48,569 bases of DNA from positions 1-48,569 of the forward strand of contig JANPEF010000088.1 in NCBI GenBank assembly GCA_031431875.1, read 5' to 3'. Below, piece by piece: positions 45,454 through 48,569 of the stretch. Positions within the stretch are counted from its first letter, which is position 1. Each line of letters begins with the position of its first letter. The position numbers were made by a program, and so were the translations under genes. The notes under the pieces were generated by a model that searched no databases, was not told the DNA's origin, and saw only the letters and a program-made list of their open reading frames with translations. Source of the DNA: Candidatus Eiseniibacteriota bacterium (GTDB lineage Bacteria; Eisenbacteria; RBG-16-71-46; DASYSL01).

Positions 45454-47295
45454 TCAGGCCGCCGTCGCGCCGCGGGCGGCGGCTGCAGCCTCGGCCGCGC
45501 GCTCGGCGCGGCGCCGCGGCGCATGCCGCCAGGCGATCACGGCCTCGACGAGGACGAAGATCACGCACACCATCATCACGGTCGTCAGCGTCGAGTTGAT
45601 CCAGCCCTGGATCACCTTCCCGGTGTCGGGCAGGCGCGTCATCGGCAGGAAGTTGTTCTTCACCGACAGGAACCCGGCGGTGAGCGTGGTGACGGCGACG
45701 AACACCATGGGCACTGCCGTCGTCCACGCGTAGCGCGCGCGCCCGGCGTTGACCAGGATCGTCGTGCCGATCGCCAGCGCGAGCGCGGCGAGGAGCTGGT
45801 TGGCGATGCCGAACATGGGCCAGATCGTGGTGATCGATCCGGTGAGGATGAAGTACGTCCAGCCGGCGACGATCAGCGCCGTCGACAGGAGCGTGCCGGG
45901 CAGCCAGTCGACGCGGCCCAGCGGCTTCCACAGCCGGCCACCGAACTCCTGGACGAGGAAGCGCGACACGCGTGTGCCGGTGTCGATCGTGGTCAGGATG
46001 AACAGCGCCTCGAACATGATCGCGAAGTGGTACCAGTACGACATGAGTCCGCGCATGCCCGGCAGCGCCGTGAAGATCTGCGCCATCCCCACCGCCAGCG
46101 ACACCGCCCCGCCGGTGCGCCCGGCCAGCGACTCGCCGACCTGCGCCTCGAGGCCCGCGAGGTTCACCGGCACGTAGCCGAGGGCGGCGAACTTCTCGGG
46201 CGCCACGTTGATCGCGAAGTAGTCGCCCGGGTGCAGCGCGGTCGCGGCGATGAGCGCGATCACGCCGACGAAGCCCTCCATCAGCATCGAGCCGTAGCCG
46301 ATCATGCGCGTGTCGGTCTCCTTGTCGATCATCTTCGGCGTCGTGCCCGAGCCGACCAGTGCATGGAAGCCCGAGATCGCGCCGCAGGCGATGGTGATGA
46401 ACAGGAACGGGAACACGGTCCCCGGCACGATCGGCCCGCCGCCGTGGATGAACGGCGTCACCGCCGGCATGTGCAGCTGCGGGTTGACCACGATCACGCC
46501 CAGCGCGAGGAAGAGGATCGTCCCCACCTTCATGAAGCTCGACAGGTAGTCGCGGGGACACAGCAGCATCCACACCGGCAGGACCGAGGCGATGAAGCCG
46601 TAGGCGGCCATCGCCATCGTCACCTGCAGCTTGTCGAGTGTGAACAGCGGGGCCAGCGCGGGGCTCTCCGCGACGAAGCGCCCGGCCACGACGCAGGCGA
46701 GCAGGAGCACGACGCCGATCGCCGTCGCCTCGCCGATCCGCCCCTTGCGGAAGCGGTACATGTAGAGACCCATGCCGAACGCGATCGGGATCGACATGCC
46801 GATGGTGAACGCGCCCCACGCCGAGTCGTGCAGCGCGTTGACGACCGCGAGCCCCAGCCCGGCGAGTGCGATCACGACGACGAACAGGATGGCGAGTGCG
46901 GAGACGAAGTACGCACGCGGCGAGATCTCGACCAGCGCCAGCTCGGCCAGCGAGCGGCCGCCGGAGCGCACGCTCGAGGCGAGGATGACGAAGTCGTGCA
47001 CCGCGCCCGCGAGGCACACGCCGATCACCAGCCAGAGGAACCCGGGGAGGAACCCGAACTGCGCGGCGAGGACGGGTCCGATCAGCGGGCCGGCGCCGGT
47101 GATCGCGGCGAAGTGATGACCGAACAGGACCCAGCGATTGGTCGGAACGTAGTTCTGGCCGTCATAGAGCGTGTGGGCCGGCGTGGGACGAGTGGAGTCG
47201 AGGACCAGCGCCTTGGTAGCGAGAAACGCGCTGTAGTAGCGGTAGGCGATCGCCAGGCAGCAGGCGGCGACGAGGACGAGCGGCAGCGCGTGCAA
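45454..47295 (-). CDS. cstA: Carbon starvation protein A family transporter (CstA/BtsT; pyruvate or peptide uptake)
   Basis: [84 protein letters not shown]; many TM helices; TTG start. Confidence 0.93.
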   Translation of the reverse strand: MHALPLVLVAACCLAIAYRYYSAFLATKALVLDSTRPTPAHTLYDGQNYVPTNRWVLFGHHFAAITGAGPLIGPVLAAQFGFLPGFLWLVIGVCLAGAVHDFVILASSVRSGGRSLAELALVEISPRAYFVSALAILFVVVIALAGLGLAVVNALHDSAWGAFTIGMSIPIAFGMGLYMYRFRKGRIGEATAIGVVLLLACVVAGRFVAESPALAPLFTLDKLQVTMAMAAYGFIASVLPVWMLLCPRDYLSSFMKVGTILFLALGVIVVNPQLHMPAVTPFIHGGGPIVPGTVFPFLFITIACGAISGFHALVGSGTTPKMIDKETDTRMIGYGSMLMEGFVGVIALIAATALHPGDYFAINVAPEKFAALGYVPVNLAGLEAQVGESLAGRTGGAVSLAVGMAQIFTALPGMRGLMSYWYHFAIMFEALFILTTIDTGTRVSRFLVQEFGGRLWKPLGRVDWLPGTLLSTALIVAGWTYFILTGSITTIWPMFGIANQLLAALALAIGTTILVNAGRARYAWTTAVPMVFVAVTTLTAGFLSVKNNFLPMTRLPDTGKVIQGWINSTLTTVMMVCVIFVLVEAVIAWRHAPRRRAERAAEAAAAARGATAA

Positions 47296-47304
47296 GGCGC
47301 GGGC

Positions 47305-47559
47305 TCAGTCCTCGTTCGCGTAGCCGCGCGCGAGCGTCGGGTTGCGCACACCGACCTCGCCGCCGGAGGAGACGCCCGGACCCGGCGTCCAGCGCTTCGG
47401 GTTCGGGTCGAGATCGAGGCGGGGCGGCATCTGGTCGAGCAGCGGCGCGGCCAGGGAGGCCTTCACCTTGCCGCAGCGCGCACAGCGCGCGTAGGTGAAG
47501 CCGCTGCCGGGCCCCTCGGCGGGGACGAACCTGTGGGTGAACGGGAGGCAGAAAGCCAT
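47305..47559 (-). CDS. Small putative zinc-finger protein
   Basis: AAAGGA RBS; C-x4-H (CLPFTH) and CARC motifs; 84 aa; lies 9 nt upstream of cstA. Confidence 0.6.
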   Translation of the reverse strand: MAFCLPFTHRFVPAEGPGSGFTYARCARCGKVKASLAAPLLDQMPPRLDLDPNPKRWTPGPGVSSGGEVGVRNPTLARGYANED

Positions 47560-47600
47560 GGTTCAGGAATTCCTTTCGTTCTTGGACCCAATCCGCTCGC

Positions 47601-47630
47601 AGGATGCGACTTGCGGCCCCGGGGTGTCAA
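47601..47630 (-). promoter_or_regulatory. sigma70-type promoter of the zinc-finger-cstA unit
   Basis: TTGACA (47630-47625, overlapping the DUF1015 stop), 18-nt spacer, CATCCT (47606-47601). Confidence 0.45.
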
Positions 47631-48569
47631 GCCTTCGCAGCTTCGGCAGCGGGCCACCAGGCCCGCGCCGGGGCTCCCGCACCCCACACTTCGGCAGCGG
47701 CCTCGTGCGCATGATAGGTCCAACCCGTCGTGATCTTGGGCAGGAAGTACGTCGCCTTCTGCGGCATGCGTTCGCCGGCGCGGCCCGCGGCCAGCACCTG
47801 CTCGACCGGCGTGCCGTTCATCAGGAACGCGGCGGTCGGCGGCAGCGCGGCGGCAGCGCCGGCGACGGCGCCGCTCGCCCGGGCGTCACCCCAGACGATC
47901 GCGAGCGCATCGGCCGCCGCCTTCACGTACTCGACGTTGGTCTGCGCGGCCAGCACCTCGGGCGTGATGCCGAGCCCGCGGCCCAGGATGAGCTCGTGCA
48001 GCTGCACGACGTCGAGACCGCGCGAGACCACATGCGTCGGCGAGTCGCCGAACGCGGCGTCGCGCAATGCGGCCGGGATCTCGAGGCCATACAGCGCGCG
48101 CTCCCCCGCCGTCGCGAACACGAATGCGCCGGCCGAATGCGCGGCGAGGAAGGCCTCGGCCCTGGCCGCGGCGTCGGCCGCGCTGCCGCCGGCGGAGCCG
48201 AGCGGCGTGACGACGAGCGCGCCGGGCAGCCGCTCGGCAAGCGCGCTCGCGGTGATCGGCGGCAAGCCGCGCAGGACGCGGTGCGTGGGCAGCACGAGGA
48301 GCCCAGGATCGGTCACGTCGACGAAGCAGGCGAGCATGAAGTCGCAGCCCGCGACAGCTCCGCCGGAGGCGCGCCGTACATCCCGGTGCCGCAGCGCCGA
48401 TTCGTAGCGATGGTGCCCGTCGGCAAGGACCACATCCTGGGCGGCGAGCGTGCGCGCGATGTTTGCGACCCCCTCGGCGGCGCAGGCCTCCCCGCCATTG
48501 GGCGCGGCGCCCCCAGCCGCGACATCCGGAATCGCCCACAACGACTCCGCTCCCTCGTCGGTCTGCGCC
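47627..48569 (-). CDS. DUF1015 family protein (3' part; the start lies beyond the right edge)
   Basis: LADGHHRYE.AL, GL.VLPTHR, LDV..LH..IL, MPQKATYF.PK..TG; the frame is open to the window edge. Confidence 0.88.
   Translation of the reverse strand, partial: AQTDEGAESLWAIPDVAAGGAAPNGGEACAAEGVANIARTLAAQDVVLADGHHRYESALRHRDVRRASGGAVAGCDFMLACFVDVTDPGLLVLPTHRVLRGLPPITASALAERLPGALVVTPLGSAGGSAADAAARAEAFLAAHSAGAFVFATAGERALYGLEIPAALRDAAFGDSPTHVVSRGLDVVQLHELILGRGLGITPEVLAAQTNVEYVKAAADALAIVWGDARASGAVAGAAAALPPTAAFLMNGTPVEQVLAAGRAGERMPQKATYFLPKITTGWTYHAHEAAAEVWGAGAPARAWWPAAEAAKA

Overview
Gene-dense, very GC-rich bacterial chromosomal segment with about 39 protein genes and two divergent tRNAs (Ala-GGC, Leu-CAA). 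I see no integrase, transposase, phage gene, rRNA or CRISPR array. A PorV-like barrel and a protein with a T9SS/FlgD-Ig-type C-terminal domain in such GC-rich DNA suggest an FCB-related candidate lineage such as Ca. Eisenbacteria (inference only). Main blocks, left to right: (1) a PEGA membrane protein divergent from an MltD-type lytic transglycosylase; (2) a long minus-strand run read from the right as site-2 protease-trpS-scpA-scpB-[HzsA-like heme propeller, BNR/T9SS cargo]-rluB, then a PorV-like gene and two tandem ADP-glucose pyrophosphorylase genes; (3) a GAF-GAF-PP2C phosphatase divergent from an orphan PilB/GspE ATPase; (4) a flavin reductase, the tRNAs and DUF885; (5) speA-long greA-glk-tkt; (6) a REP-like palindromic repeat and an XRE-cupin / SDR / QueA-paralog module; (7) tal-pgi-zwf-opcA-methyltransferase-persulfide dioxygenase-pgl, with no gnd; (8) cstA with two small Cys-containing neighbours, and a partial DUF1015 gene. 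Best candidates for undescribed biology: the regulated SDR + divergent QueA module, a GlgC paralog that has lost the two residues also lost in plant regulatory subunits, the HzsA-like/T9SS-cargo pair embedded in the scpAB-rluB operon, an HMA-fold CC-tailed partner of CstA, and a TrpRS Fe-S motif with Asp as the fourth ligand. All family calls come from reading motifs by eye; no database search was run.
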